In this document: positions 18,419-28,516 of the stretch, one piece after another
How the letters are laid out: the number at the start of each line of letters is the position of its first letter
Numbering within the stretch: position 1 is the stretch's first letter
NCBI GenBank assembly: GCA_034408725.1
Contig: JAWXCN010000124.1
Coordinates: 1 to 59,424 of the forward strand
Direction of reading: 5' to 3'
DNA: 59,424 nucleotides
Source of the DNA: Candidatus Hydrogenedentota bacterium
GTDB lineage: Bacteria; Hydrogenedentota; Hydrogenedentia; Hydrogenedentales; SLHB01
Made by a program: the position numbers and the translations under genes
Notes under the pieces: generated by a model
Seen by the model: the letters and a program-made list of their open reading frames with translations, nothing else
The model's database searches: none
Told to the model about the DNA's origin: nothing

Positions 18419-20146
18419 GTGCGGCACGCAATAACGTTGTATTTGCGTTCCGGGTGGCCGGTTTTTGTTTTGGCGGGATTGACCGTTTTTGTAGTTAGCC
18501 CTTACGGCGAGTTCCCCCTGAACGACGACTGGGTCTACTGGAAAATGGTGAACGGGTTGGTCAACGAGGGTCAACTCGCGGTTCATCCTTATAGCAGCGC
18601 CTACGCGGCCACGCAATCGTTGATCGTTGCTCCGCTCGCCTTGTTGTTCGGGTTGTCGTTTACGCTCCTTCGGGTGACTACACTGGTAGCGGCGTTGGGT
18701 GTATTGCTCGCGACGATTTGGTGTGGGCGGTTGGTGGGGTTGAGTCGGAACCGGGCCACACTGGCCGCGCTTATCGTTCTAATCAATCCGATCTTCATCA
18801 ACATGTCCTACTCGTTTATGACGGAAATACCCTTTCTTGCCTTGTCGATGCTATCCATGGCGTTCTATCTCAAGGCCATCCGCAAACCTGGGCCAGGGCT
18901 GATTGCGTTGGGCACTGCGTTCGCCGTGCTTGCGTTCTTGAATCGCCAGTATGGACTACTGATTACGCTCGCCTTTTTCATCACCATCGTCGTCTACAAA
19001 CGCACGGCTAACCCGCACGCCGGGCTGCGCAATGCGTTCGCCGTCGCGCATCCCTGGATCATCTGCGTACCGTGCGCATACTACCTTGCGATGACTTCCC
19101 AGACCGACCTAATCTACTACGCCGTCGCAAAGGGAGACTGGAGCGTATACCTGCTTCCGCATCGTGTCGCAACGGTAATCGCAAAATCCATTCTGTACTG
19201 CGGGCTGTTCCTGCTTCCCGTGACCCTGCCCTTGCTCGCATCAATGCTAACGGGCCGTCTGCGGTGGGCGCGCGCGCAGTGGGGCGTTTTCGCGATTGTT
19301 GGGGGCGCGCTGCTGATTTATACACTAACGAGCGGCGGGCGCCTGCCAAACCTTCACAATATCATCCGGGATTGCGGGCTCGGCCCCTTGCTGCTGCACC
19401 CGGAAAACGATGCCCCCAACTGGACTCCCGTCGAGTTGGGCGGCATCGTATGGTGGCCGGTCACGCTATTGTCCGTTCTCTCATCGGCGGTTTTGGGCGG
19501 ACTCGCCGTGGGGTTTCCACAAAAAGCGAGATCATTCGCAAGCGGTCCCTTGCGGGTCCGCTATTGCCAACGTCTTTTCCTGTTCTGCGCGGGTGCGCTC
19601 ATGATCCTCGTCCCGGCAAACGGAATCCAGCCGGTGTACCATGACCGTTACATTTTGCCGGCGATTCCCATGCTTGCCATCCTGGCGGTTGGCGCGTTGC
19701 CGTTTCGCAGCGCCGGTTGGCTTGGAACCGCCGCGGGCGCGGCCCCCGCGCTGGCGTTGTACGTCTTCAGTATCTTCGGCCAGCAGGATTATATGGCGTG
19801 GAACGATGCACGGTGGCGCGCAATTGATTTGTTGCGCACGAAACACGCGATGGCAAATGAATTTATCGATGGCGGATATGAATTTCACGGGTTGCACTCG
19901 CGCAAATGGGCACTAACGGCAAACCAGGCGACAAACCGTGAAACAAAGGAAGATCGCCGCTTCGTGGCCCGTGAACGGGTTTGCCTCGTTGCCATGCGGT
20001 CGCGGAAAAGTTTTCAGCCGGTGTTAACGGTCCCCTATTTTTCGTGGTTAGGCTTCAAGACGCGTGACATAGTGGTATTGCGCCCCGGCGCTGTGAGTCC
20101 ACCCGAATCAAGATTCCACCTCGAAAGCATTCGGGACAACGAGTAG
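18419..20146 (+). CDS. ArnT/PMT-like (GT39/GT83, GT-C fold) glycosyltransferase
   Basis: PLNDDWVY, NPIF...SFMTEIPF, LNRQYG, DRYILP, IDGGYEF; polytopic. Confidence 0.8.
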   Translation: MRHAITLYLRSGWPVFVLAGLTVFVVSPYGEFPLNDDWVYWKMVNGLVNEGQLAVHPYSSAYAATQSLIVAPLALLFGLSFTLLRVTTLVAALGVLLATIWCGRLVGLSRNRATLAALIVLINPIFINMSYSFMTEIPFLALSMLSMAFYLKAIRKPGPGLIALGTAFAVLAFLNRQYGLLITLAFFITIVVYKRTANPHAGLRNAFAVAHPWIICVPCAYYLAMTSQTDLIYYAVAKGDWSVYLLPHRVATVIAKSILYCGLFLLPVTLPLLASMLTGRLRWARAQWGVFAIVGGALLIYTLTSGGRLPNLHNIIRDCGLGPLLLHPENDAPNWTPVELGGIVWWPVTLLSVLSSAVLGGLAVGFPQKARSFASGPLRVRYCQRLFLFCAGALMILVPANGIQPVYHDRYILPAIPMLAILAVGALPFRSAGWLGTAAGAAPALALYVFSIFGQQDYMAWNDARWRAIDLLRTKHAMANEFIDGGYEFHGLHSRKWALTANQATNRETKEDRRFVARERVCLVAMRSRKSFQPVLTVPYFSWLGFKTRDIVVLRPGAVSPPESRFHLESIRDNE

Positions 20147-20213
20147 GGCTTCGGCGCATTCGCTGGGATTATTGTGCATGATGTGGCGTGAAGTAATTCC
20201 ATAGTGCCGGTGA

Positions 20214-20618
20214 TAAACAGCCAAAGCGGTGTCTGCGCTACCCGCTTCGTCACCGCAGTCCTAAAAAGTCCACTACCCAAAACCACGTTCTAACACGAAG
20301 CCCATTTGGACTGCGGCGGCCCCCCAAGGCACCGCTTTGGCTGTTTATCACAGATGGTCTACCCTTGCTGTGCGCGCACGATGTCGTCGCCCATAAACAG
20401 CCAAAGCGGTGTCTACGCTACCCGCTTCGCCACCGCAGTCCAAATAGTCCTTCTCCCAGAACGACGTTTTAGGAAGAGGCCTATTGGGACTGCGGCGGCC
20501 CCCAAGGCGCCGCTTTGGCTGTTGAGGTGGACTGCCCCCTTGCTGTGCGTGCATGAAGCCGCGCCCTTAAACAGCCAAAGGGTGTCTGCGCTACCCGCTT
20601 CGCCACCGCAGTCCAAAT
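20214..20618. repeat. BIME-like REP array, A-B-A-B-A, period about 175-180 nt
   Basis: taaacagccaaag starts at 20214, 20394 and 20568, with inverted B units between. Lies between convergent genes. Confidence 0.92.
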
Positions 20619-20650
20619 GGATGGTTGACGTGAAGGGGACAGTCCCGTGG

Positions 20651-21940
20651 TTAGAGTGCCAGCGCGCGATACCGTTTTCGCGAGGCTTGCGGCCCTTCGA
20701 CGTTTAGTTCCTGGATGTTTTTGACGACCTTCGCCACGGCAGTGGCGATGTGGTCCATGTCCTTGGTTGCTCCGAGAAGGACGTGGTGATGTACCGCTAG
20801 ACCATTCTTGCGGTGAGCGGCTTCGGCTACGGGTAGTTTGAACCGGGTGGGATCGATTTTCTTCCAGTACTCCGCATTGAGGTGGTGGCGTTTTTTGGTG
20901 TGCGGTTTGTAGAGGCCGCAGGCGTTGAGCGGTTCGTAGGGCGGTTCGAAACCGGTATTGAGTTCCGCGTGCAACGCTGCGCCAAAGTGGCTGTTGTTGA
21001 TGCCGGGTTTTGCGGTCAAGATGTCCCAGTCGAGGCGGAAGGTGAAGTTGAAGTAGCTCGCCTGGGTAATATCTTTGCGGCGGCGCATGGGAAGAACGCC
21101 GGGTATTTGCGCGAGGAGCGCGTTGAGGTATTGCGCGTTTACGTCGCGGCGTTTGACCTGTTCGTCGAGTCGTGTCAGCCCGCCGAGGAGGATACCTGCC
21201 TGCCATTCGGTGATGCGGAAGTTGCCGGACTGTATCGCGTTGGTCATGTCATCTTTATAACCACGCCCGCAATTGCGAAGCGAGTACAGGCGCTCGAACA
21301 GTTTGCGGTCCTGGCACATGTTGAACCCGCCCTCGCCGGAGGACAGCACCTTGCTTTCCTGAAAGCTGAAGCTGGCGATATCACCGAGCGTGCCGACGCC
21401 ACGGCCTTTCCAGAACGCGCCGTGCTGGTGGGCGCAGTCTTCGATCAGGTAGAGGCCCTTGTCGCGGCAAAGTTTTGCGAGTTTGGTCATGTCGGTCATG
21501 CAGCCGTAGAGATGGACGACGATGATCGCGCGGGTTTTCGCGGTTATTGCCGCTTCGACTTTTGCGAGATCGAGACACCAGGTTTCGGGTTCGACGTCCA
21601 CCAGGACGGGGATGGCGTTTACGTCAAGGACCGCGGCGGCGGTAGCCTGCCAGGTCATGCCGGGGACGATAACTTCATCGAACGCGCCGATATCGAGCGC
21701 TTCCATGGCAATCTGGAGGCCTACGGTGCCGTTCGCACAGCAGATGCCGAACTTTGATTTGTGGTATGCGGCGAATTCTTTTGCGAACTGCCATTCGTAG
21801 GGTCCGTCGAACGACCATCGGTTGGAATTGGTGATCGCGCTGAGGAGAGCGACATCGCCGGAGTCGTGAACGGGCCACTGCGGCCATTTCGCCTTCGGTC
21901 CGCGGACCGGTTTCCCCCCAGTGAGTGCGAGCTTGCCCAT
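20651..21940 (-). CDS. DegT/DnrJ/EryC1/StrS PLP-dependent aminotransferase (AHBA-synthase-like clade)
   Basis: LALTGGKPVR, NGTVGL, VHLYG, IEDCAHQHG, SFSFQESKVLSSGEGG (PLP lysine), GNFRITEWQA. Confidence 0.93.
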   Translation of the reverse strand: MGKLALTGGKPVRGPKAKWPQWPVHDSGDVALLSAITNSNRWSFDGPYEWQFAKEFAAYHKSKFGICCANGTVGLQIAMEALDIGAFDEVIVPGMTWQATAAAVLDVNAIPVLVDVEPETWCLDLAKVEAAITAKTRAIIVVHLYGCMTDMTKLAKLCRDKGLYLIEDCAHQHGAFWKGRGVGTLGDIASFSFQESKVLSSGEGGFNMCQDRKLFERLYSLRNCGRGYKDDMTNAIQSGNFRITEWQAGILLGGLTRLDEQVKRRDVNAQYLNALLAQIPGVLPMRRRKDITQASYFNFTFRLDWDILTAKPGINNSHFGAALHAELNTGFEPPYEPLNACGLYKPHTKKRHHLNAEYWKKIDPTRFKLPVAEAAHRKNGLAVHHHVLLGATKDMDHIATAVAKVVKNIQELNVEGPQASRKRYRALAL

Positions 21941-22225
21941 GGTCCGTCTCCCTTTCCGCGTATTGATGTAGCATGCAGGTGGTTTGCCCGCAGATCGGGA
22001 AATACTATCACGCGCAGGGGTTGGGCATAAAGAGAGGCTCGAAACGGTGAAAGAGGCGGGGTTGGGCTCGCGTAACAGGCGGGAGGGCGGTTGTCCTCAA
22101 CCGCCGGGGGCAGGTTTTGCCGCGCTTTTAAGCGGTACCCAACCGCTCCGCACTCCAAAATGGTTTCACCGGCGAATGTATTCTATGATAGCGAACATTC
22201 CGTTTGAACGCGTGAGGGAAAATCT

Positions 22226-23263
22226 GTGATCGCGGGTTCGCCGCGAATATTAATAATACGGTTGAGCGCCATCGGCGACGTGGTGCGCACGGTGCCTGCG
22301 ATGCAGGTGCTGCGCGATGCGTTTCCGCAGGCGCACATCGACTGGATTGTCGAGCGCAAGTCGGCGGACATCGTCGAGGGGCATCCCGCGCTCGATGGGC
22401 TGATCGTGTTCGAGCGGCCGGAAGGCGCGTGGGAAAGCTCACGCCAGTTTGCGCGGCTGTGCCGCGACATCCGCAACAAGCGATATGATATCGCGGTTGA
22501 TTTTCATGGCATCTTGAAGAGCGGAGTCATTGCCGCGGCGACGCGCGCGAAAAAGCGCTACGGGTTTGCGCGGCCCCGCAGCCAGGAGGGTAGCGCGCTT
22601 GCCTATACCGAGCGCGTGGCAGTGCCGGCGAACAAACTTAACCGGGCTGAAGAGAACCTGCGGTTGTGCCAGGCAATCGATCCAAACGCGCGGTGGCAGG
22701 CGCCTCTGGTTTATGTGCCAGTCGAAGTACAGGATACGGTGGACGAGTTTTTCGAGGAGGCGTTTGACAGCGACAAGATCGTTGTAGCGCTTCACGCGCC
22801 GGTGGACCGTCCCGAAAAGCAATGGCCGCTGGCGCATTTTGCTGCGCTCGCGGATATGCTGCTGGCCGACGGCAGGTTTGAAGTGATGCTGACCTGGGGG
22901 CCGGGCCAGTTTTCAGTGGTGGAGGAAGTGCTCGCGCTGACGCGGCGCAATCCAACCGTGGCGCCGGAGACGCCAGATTTGAAACATTACGCAGGGCTTG
23001 CCGCCAGTTGCGGATTGTACGTCGGGTGTGACACAGGGCCAATGCATATCGCCTCGGCGATGGGCCGGCCGGTAGTCGCTATATTTGGCGGCACCAATCC
23101 CGCGCAGCACGCGCCGTATCAACTGCCACATTCTGTTCTTTACGCCGGCGCGCCAGGCAACGCAACACCCGGCATTGCGGGCGTCCAGGCCCGTCTGGCA
23201 TCCATCTCACCCGACGACGCCTACGAAGCCTGCATCCAACTCCTCTTCAATCCCAAAAACTAA
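22226..23263 (+). CDS. GT9 LPS heptosyltransferase-like glycosyltransferase
   Basis: RILIIRLSAIGDVV, YDIAVDFHGILKS, KQWP, CDTGPMHIASA, IFGGTNP. Confidence 0.92.
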   Translation: MIAGSPRILIIRLSAIGDVVRTVPAMQVLRDAFPQAHIDWIVERKSADIVEGHPALDGLIVFERPEGAWESSRQFARLCRDIRNKRYDIAVDFHGILKSGVIAAATRAKKRYGFARPRSQEGSALAYTERVAVPANKLNRAEENLRLCQAIDPNARWQAPLVYVPVEVQDTVDEFFEEAFDSDKIVVALHAPVDRPEKQWPLAHFAALADMLLADGRFEVMLTWGPGQFSVVEEVLALTRRNPTVAPETPDLKHYAGLAASCGLYVGCDTGPMHIASAMGRPVVAIFGGTNPAQHAPYQLPHSVLYAGAPGNATPGIAGVQARLASISPDDAYEACIQLLFNPKN

Positions 23264-23274
23264 CGGCGAGTAGT

Positions 23275-23380
23275 TGGCTGTTTATGGGCGATGATGTCGT
23301 GCGCGCAGGGTGAGGGTAGGTTGACTGTGATAAACAGCCAAAGCGGCGCCTTGGGGGCCGCCGCAGTCCAAATAGGCTTT
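23275..23380. repeat. REP array fragment (A tail + spacer + B unit)
   Basis: ttggctgtttatgggcgatgatgtcgtgcgcgca...taaacagccaaagcggcgccttgggggccgccgcagtccaaatagg. Confidence 0.85.
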
Positions 23381-23488
23381 TTCTTGAACGTGGCCTTGGG
23401 AGACGGACTGCCTTCCCATCCTCCTCACTTCCCAACCATTTCTTGCAACATTTTGTCCGCGAATGCTACAGTGTCCGATGCACTCGAC

Positions 23489-23582
23489 GGAGAGATGACC
23501 GAGTGGCTGAAGGTGGCGGCCTGCTAAGCCGTTGTATGAGGTTCTCCTTGTACCCCGGGTTCGAATCCCGGTCTCTCCGCCA
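23489..23582 (+). tRNA. tRNA-Ser (anticodon GCT)
   Basis: Acceptor GGAGAGA/TCTCTCC, D-loop GAGTGGCTGAAG, anticodon arm GCGGC-CTGCTAA-GCCGT, long variable arm, GGTTCGAATCC, encoded G-CCA end. Confidence 0.97.
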
Positions 23583-23603
23583 TTTTTCCCCTTCTTCAAC
23601 TTT

Positions 23604-24884
23604 CTAAAGCACCCACGGTTTCCGATACTCGCGCGTGAGCAGTTTTTGCGCTTCCGGGTCGCCCGGAACCGTCTCGTCCGCGCCGTTCCAATGCATGGTG
23701 CGTCCCGTGCGGTACGCAATGTTGGCGAGGTGACTGTAGATGGTCGAACGGTGCCCCGTCTCCGCGTCGCAGCGTGGCTGTTCGCGAGAGCGCGCGCACG
23801 CGAAGAAGTTGCGCAGGTGACCGTCATAATCGTTGCCTTCGGCGTGCTCTTTGTAGAATGGTTGGCGAGAGTCACGATCCTCCTCGCGAAAGATTTGAAA
23901 TCCGCCGCGGTTGATTTGCAGCGTCGCCGTGTCCCCGAAGAATTCTATGCCGTGGTCCATGTCGCCGAATGGACGCCACCCGCTCGCGTGGCGCATGGAG
24001 TACGTCAAGGTGTACTTGGGACATTTGAAAATAGCTTCCAGCGTGTCGGGTGTCTCGCGCGAATCGTCGAGTACAAATTTTCCTCCGGACGCGGACACGG
24101 AGCCAATATCGTGTCCCATTGCCCACTGCACGATATCGAAGAGGTGTACGCCCCAGCCGGACACCATGCCGCCCGAGTAGTCCCAGAAGTAGCACCAGTA
24201 CAGATGAAACCTGGCAGGATTAAATGTACGCGCCGGCGCCGGACCGAGCCAGAGATCGTAGTCCACGCCCACTGGCGGTTCGGCGTCAGGCGGATGCCCA
24301 AAGCCGCCTCGCATCTCGTCGGCTTTCCACGCGTTCCAGGCATGAACCATCGACACGACGCCGATCTCTCCGTTGCGGATGCGCTCGACAGCGTGTTGCC
24401 AGTGCGGTCCGGAGCGTTGCTGGAGCCCTACCTGGCAAACGCGTTTGTGTGCGCGCGCTGCATCGGCAACCATTCGGCCTTCGCGGATATTATGCCCAAG
24501 GGGTTTCTCGGTGTAGACGTCGATGCCTGCGTCGAACGCGCGCACCGCAATGAGTGGGTGCCAATGGTCTGGCGTGGCAATAACGACGACGTCCACATCG
24601 TTCCGGTCGAGCACCGCGCGGAAATCCGTGTAGGTGCGTGGCCGGCCCCCGGCTATCTCGGCGGCGCGGCGCTGATGCGCTTCGTCCACATCGCAAACCG
24701 CGACAATGTTTATGTCATCCATTCGCGCGCACGCGCCCACATGACCGAGGCCCATGCTGCCCGTGCCGATGAAGGCCACGTTTAGCCGATTGTTCGCGCC
24801 GTGAACGCGGGGTGGAAAAAGGCTCGTGGCAGTTGCCGCCGCCGCGGCTTTGAGCATGGTCCGGCGCGCGATTTCTTTTGGCAT
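23604..24884 (-). CDS. Tat-exported Gfo/Idh/MocA oxidoreductase
   Basis: ARRTMLK Tat signal, IGTGSMG, ATPDHWH, YTEKP, QVGLQQRS, YDLWLGPAP, GWGVHLFD. Confidence 0.93.
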   Translation of the reverse strand: MPKEIARRTMLKAAAAATATSLFPPRVHGANNRLNVAFIGTGSMGLGHVGACARMDDINIVAVCDVDEAHQRRAAEIAGGRPRTYTDFRAVLDRNDVDVVVIATPDHWHPLIAVRAFDAGIDVYTEKPLGHNIREGRMVADAARAHKRVCQVGLQQRSGPHWQHAVERIRNGEIGVVSMVHAWNAWKADEMRGGFGHPPDAEPPVGVDYDLWLGPAPARTFNPARFHLYWCYFWDYSGGMVSGWGVHLFDIVQWAMGHDIGSVSASGGKFVLDDSRETPDTLEAIFKCPKYTLTYSMRHASGWRPFGDMDHGIEFFGDTATLQINRGGFQIFREEDRDSRQPFYKEHAEGNDYDGHLRNFFACARSREQPRCDAETGHRSTIYSHLANIAYRTGRTMHWNGADETVPGDPEAQKLLTREYRKPWVL

Positions 24885-24997
24885 GTTTCCCCCCGGCGGA
24901 TGGCACGTTTCGCATCATCCTATACGATCTTGCCTCGGCTGGGGAGCAGTTCCTATACTGCGCGACGGTTGCTAGCCATTACACCGGAGCGATATAC

Positions 24998-26803
24998 ATG
25001 CCTACGACGAAACGGGTTCCTTTACGTAGTGAAGTCAAGAAGCAAGACACTTGGGACCTTGAAATCCTGTGCAAGAGCGACGCGGCATGGCTTGCGTCGT
25101 TCAAGAAGTTGGAAAAGATGATCGCGGGTTTCGAGAAGTTTCGCGGCAAACTTGGTAACTCTGCGAAGGTGTTGCGGGCTTGCTATGACTTCGAGACCGA
25201 GTTTGAAGAATTGTCGGAGCGCATTGGCACATACGCGCACCTGAAATCTTCCGAGGACGTGGGAAACAGCACGTACCAGGGCATGGTCGCGCAATATACA
25301 TGGCTGGCGACGCGCGCCGGCGAGGCCGCGAGTTTCATCGCGCCGGAGATTCAGGCGATTCCCGAGAAAAAGATCAAGGCCTATCTTAAAGACCCCGCGC
25401 TGAAAGATTTCCGGTTTTCGCTCGAGAAGCTGTTGCGGTATCGTCCACATATTTTGTCGGAAAAGGAAGAGCGGTTGCTCGCGATGCAGGGGGAAGTCGC
25501 GGGCACGGCCAGCAAGGTGTTCGGCCAGCTCAATGACGCCGATATGAAATTTGGGACGATCAAGGACGAGCGCGGACGTAGTGTCGAACTGACGCATGGG
25601 TCGCTCCGTAGCCTGCTCGAATCACCGAAGCGGTCGGTTCGCAAAGAGGCATTTCATCAGTTCTATAAAAGTTACGCGGACCATGCGAACACCATTGCGG
25701 CTACGCTGAGCAGTTCGGTGTTGCAGGACGTCTATTACGGACGTGTGCGAAATTATCCCTCCGCGCGCGAGGGTTCGTTGTTTCACGACAACGTGCCGGT
25801 GACGATGTACGACAGTTTGATTAAGGCCGTGCATGCGAATTTGAAAACCGTGTACCGGTATCTCGACGTGCGCAAGAAAGCGCTCAAGCTCAAGGAAGTG
25901 CGTGTCTACGACACCTATGTGCCGATTGTCGATCAAGGACGAGTCAACATTCCGTGGCCAAAGGCGGTGAAGACGATCTGTGACGCGCTCGAGCCGCTGG
26001 GCGGCGAGTATGTGCGGACTTTGGAAGCGGGGTTGAACGGCGGGCGTTGGGCGGACCGGTACGAGAACAAGGGCAAACGCAGCGGGGCGTTCTCGTCGGG
26101 CGGATATTTCGGGCCGCCGTACATGCTCATGAACTACCGGAGCGATGTCATCGACAGCATGTTCACGCTTGCGCACGAAGCGGGCCACTCGATGCACACG
26201 TATTTCAGCGCGAAACATCAGCCATTTCAATATTACGGCTACACGATATTCGTCGCGGAAGTCGCATCGACGTTTAACGAACAATTGTTGAACCGGCACT
26301 TGCTCGACAATGCGAAAGACGAAAAGACGCGCGCGTTTTTGATTAACAAAGAGATCGACGAGATTCGCGGCACGTTGGTGCGGCAGACGATGTTCGCGGA
26401 ATACGAAAAGGTGTTGCATGCCATTGCGGAGGCAGGCGAACCACTTACGCTGGAACGCATTCGCGAAGAGTATCAGAAGCTGCTCGATCTGTATTTTGGT
26501 CCGCGGTTTGCCATGGACGGCGAACTCTCGCTTGAAGGTTTGCGCATTCCGCATTTCTACCATGCGTTCTATGTGTACAAGTACGCGACGGGCATCTCCG
26601 CGGCGATTGCGTTGTCGCAGCGGGTGCTCAATGGCGGCGCGAAAGAACGCGACCAGTATCTGAATTTTCTACGGAGCGGTGGATCGAAGTTCCCGCTGGA
26701 CCTCTTGCGCGACGCCGGCGTCGACATGGAGCGACCGGAACCCGTAGCCACCGCAATGAAACGGTTCGGCACACTGGTCGATGAACTTGAAGAGCTTGTA
26801 TAA
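24998..26803 (+). CDS. pepF: Oligoendopeptidase F (M3B)
   Basis: TWDL, GKRSGAFS, TLAHEAGHSMH (HExxH), IFVAEVASTFNE, IPHFY..FYVYKYATG. Confidence 0.96.
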   Translation: MPTTKRVPLRSEVKKQDTWDLEILCKSDAAWLASFKKLEKMIAGFEKFRGKLGNSAKVLRACYDFETEFEELSERIGTYAHLKSSEDVGNSTYQGMVAQYTWLATRAGEAASFIAPEIQAIPEKKIKAYLKDPALKDFRFSLEKLLRYRPHILSEKEERLLAMQGEVAGTASKVFGQLNDADMKFGTIKDERGRSVELTHGSLRSLLESPKRSVRKEAFHQFYKSYADHANTIAATLSSSVLQDVYYGRVRNYPSAREGSLFHDNVPVTMYDSLIKAVHANLKTVYRYLDVRKKALKLKEVRVYDTYVPIVDQGRVNIPWPKAVKTICDALEPLGGEYVRTLEAGLNGGRWADRYENKGKRSGAFSSGGYFGPPYMLMNYRSDVIDSMFTLAHEAGHSMHTYFSAKHQPFQYYGYTIFVAEVASTFNEQLLNRHLLDNAKDEKTRAFLINKEIDEIRGTLVRQTMFAEYEKVLHAIAEAGEPLTLERIREEYQKLLDLYFGPRFAMDGELSLEGLRIPHFYHAFYVYKYATGISAAIALSQRVLNGGAKERDQYLNFLRSGGSKFPLDLLRDAGVDMERPEPVATAMKRFGTLVDELEELV

Positions 26804-26806
26804 CAC

Positions 26807-27874
26807 GTGATCTTCGATGCGCACCTCGACCTGAGCATGAACGCGCTCGAGTGGAACCGCGATTACCGGCGGTCCATTGAAGAAATCCGTGCGCGCGAGG
26901 CTGGGCTTACCGACAAGAAAGACCGCGGCAATGGCGTTGTCTGCTTTGATGAAATGCGGCGCGGCGGTGTCCGGCTTTGCGCGGCGACGCTGATCGCGCG
27001 ATACGTGAAGCCATCGAATCCGCGGCCGGGATGGAACAGCCCCGAACAGGCATGGGCGCAAACGCAGGGACAACTTGCATGGTATCGCGCGATGGAGGAA
27101 GCGGGCGAACTTGCGCCGCTCACCACGCGCGCTGAACTTGATGCGCACCTCGCGCGCGTCGAAACGAATGATCCCGGATATAACGCGATCGGATACGTGC
27201 TCACGTTGGAAGGCGCGGACTCGATTCTCTCTCCAGCCCATCTCGAACGCGCATACACGCAGGGCTTGCGCGCGCTCGGTCCCGCGCATTACGGCCCCGG
27301 TACGTACGCACAAGGCACGGAAGCGGAGGGCGGCCTCGGCGTGCGCGGCCCCGAACTGCTCGCGGAGATGGAGCGTCTCGGCATGATTCTCGATGTGACG
27401 CATCTCAACGACGAATGTTTCTGGCAGGCACTCGATTGCTTCCACGGGCGCGTGTGGGCCAGCCACTCGAATTGCCGCGCGTTGGTGGCGCATCAACGGC
27501 AATTGAGCGATGAACAGATAAAGATATTGATCGAGCGCGGCGCGGTGATTGGCGCTGCGTTCGACGCGTGGATGCTTGTGCCCAACTGGATAAAGGGTAA
27601 GACGCAGCCCCGGGATGCGGGCGTGAACCTGTCGCACGTCGCTGATCATATCGATCATATCTGCCAACTCGCCGGTAACGCGCGGCATGGGGGAATCGGC
27701 TCCGATCTCGATGGCGCGTTTGGCCGGGAACAAGGGCCGATCGATGTAGAGACGATTGCGGACCTCGCGAAACTCGAACAAATTCTCGCGGGCCGTCGTT
27801 ATGATGCGGAATCCATCCGCGCAATCATGTACGGTAACTTTCTGCGCTTTATACACGCCGCGTTACCAGCATAG
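26807..27874 (+). CDS. Membrane dipeptidase (M19)
   Basis: IFDAHLD, LEGAD, ILDVTHL, ASHSNCR, GIGSDLDG, GNFLR. Confidence 0.93.
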   Translation: MIFDAHLDLSMNALEWNRDYRRSIEEIRAREAGLTDKKDRGNGVVCFDEMRRGGVRLCAATLIARYVKPSNPRPGWNSPEQAWAQTQGQLAWYRAMEEAGELAPLTTRAELDAHLARVETNDPGYNAIGYVLTLEGADSILSPAHLERAYTQGLRALGPAHYGPGTYAQGTEAEGGLGVRGPELLAEMERLGMILDVTHLNDECFWQALDCFHGRVWASHSNCRALVAHQRQLSDEQIKILIERGAVIGAAFDAWMLVPNWIKGKTQPRDAGVNLSHVADHIDHICQLAGNARHGGIGSDLDGAFGREQGPIDVETIADLAKLEQILAGRRYDAESIRAIMYGNFLRFIHAALPA

Positions 27875-27913
27875 CGATGCGCTCGTGCGCGTGAAAAGGA
27901 GGCTAAACCTGTT

Positions 27914-28432
27914 TTGGAATTGCGCGGAATAAAATGCACGTTGCGTCCTTGGCGCTTGACCGATCAGGCGTCGCTCATTCGCCACGCCGATAACCGGAAC
28001 GTCTGGCGCAATCTGCAGGACGGGTTTCCGCATCCGTATACAGAAAAGGCGGCGGGGGAATGGCTTGATCGTTGCGCCGCGGCTGCTCCGCCGCAAACCG
28101 CGTTTGCGATTGAGGTTTTTGGAGAGGCCGTCGGCGGCATTGGCGTCGAAATCCAGCCTTCCATCTATCGCGTTACCGCGCTCGCCGGCTATTGGCTGGG
28201 CGAACCGTTCTGGGGCCGCGGCATTGCCTCGGAAGCCTGCGCGTTGTTGCGCGACTACGTCTTCGAGACGTTCCCCGACATTCACCGGATCGAAGCCGTA
28301 GTGTATGAATGGAACCCCGCGTCGATGCGGGTGCTCGAAAAATGCGGCTTCACCCAGGAAGCGAGAAAACGCAAGGCGGCGATCAAAGACGGCGAAATTA
28401 TCGACGTGATGCTCTACGCGATCACGCGCTGA
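27914..28432 (+). CDS. RimJ/RimL-family GNAT acetyltransferase
   Basis: FPHPYT, GYWLGEPFWGRGIA (intact acetyl-CoA loop), NPASMRVLEKCGF. Confidence 0.93.
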   Translation: MELRGIKCTLRPWRLTDQASLIRHADNRNVWRNLQDGFPHPYTEKAAGEWLDRCAAAAPPQTAFAIEVFGEAVGGIGVEIQPSIYRVTALAGYWLGEPFWGRGIASEACALLRDYVFETFPDIHRIEAVVYEWNPASMRVLEKCGFTQEARKRKAAIKDGEIIDVMLYAITR

Positions 28433-28434
28433 CG

Positions 28435-28508
28435 CGGAGGGCGGGCTTTCCAGCCCGCAATTCGTTTTGATTCTTTAATCAATCGCGGGTTGGAAAACCC
28501 GCGCTCCG
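28435..28508. repeat. REP doublet, second family (GGAG-footed)
   Basis: cggagggcgggctttccagcccgc ... gcgggttggaaaacccgcgctccg, an inverted pair right after a stop codon. Confidence 0.65.
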
Positions 28509-28516
28509 GAGATAGC

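Noticed and set aside
20214-20618. CRISPR array
   Set aside because: Units alternate in orientation, the spacers are conserved between distant loci, and there are no cas genes. This fits REP/BIME.
20651-21940. Aminoglycoside/ansamycin biosynthetic cluster
   Set aside because: The aminotransferase is isolated, with no supporting pathway genes adjacent.
23489-23604. Integrative element at tRNA-Ser
   Set aside because: No integrase nearby and no duplicated tRNA 3' end seen; flanking genes are ordinary.
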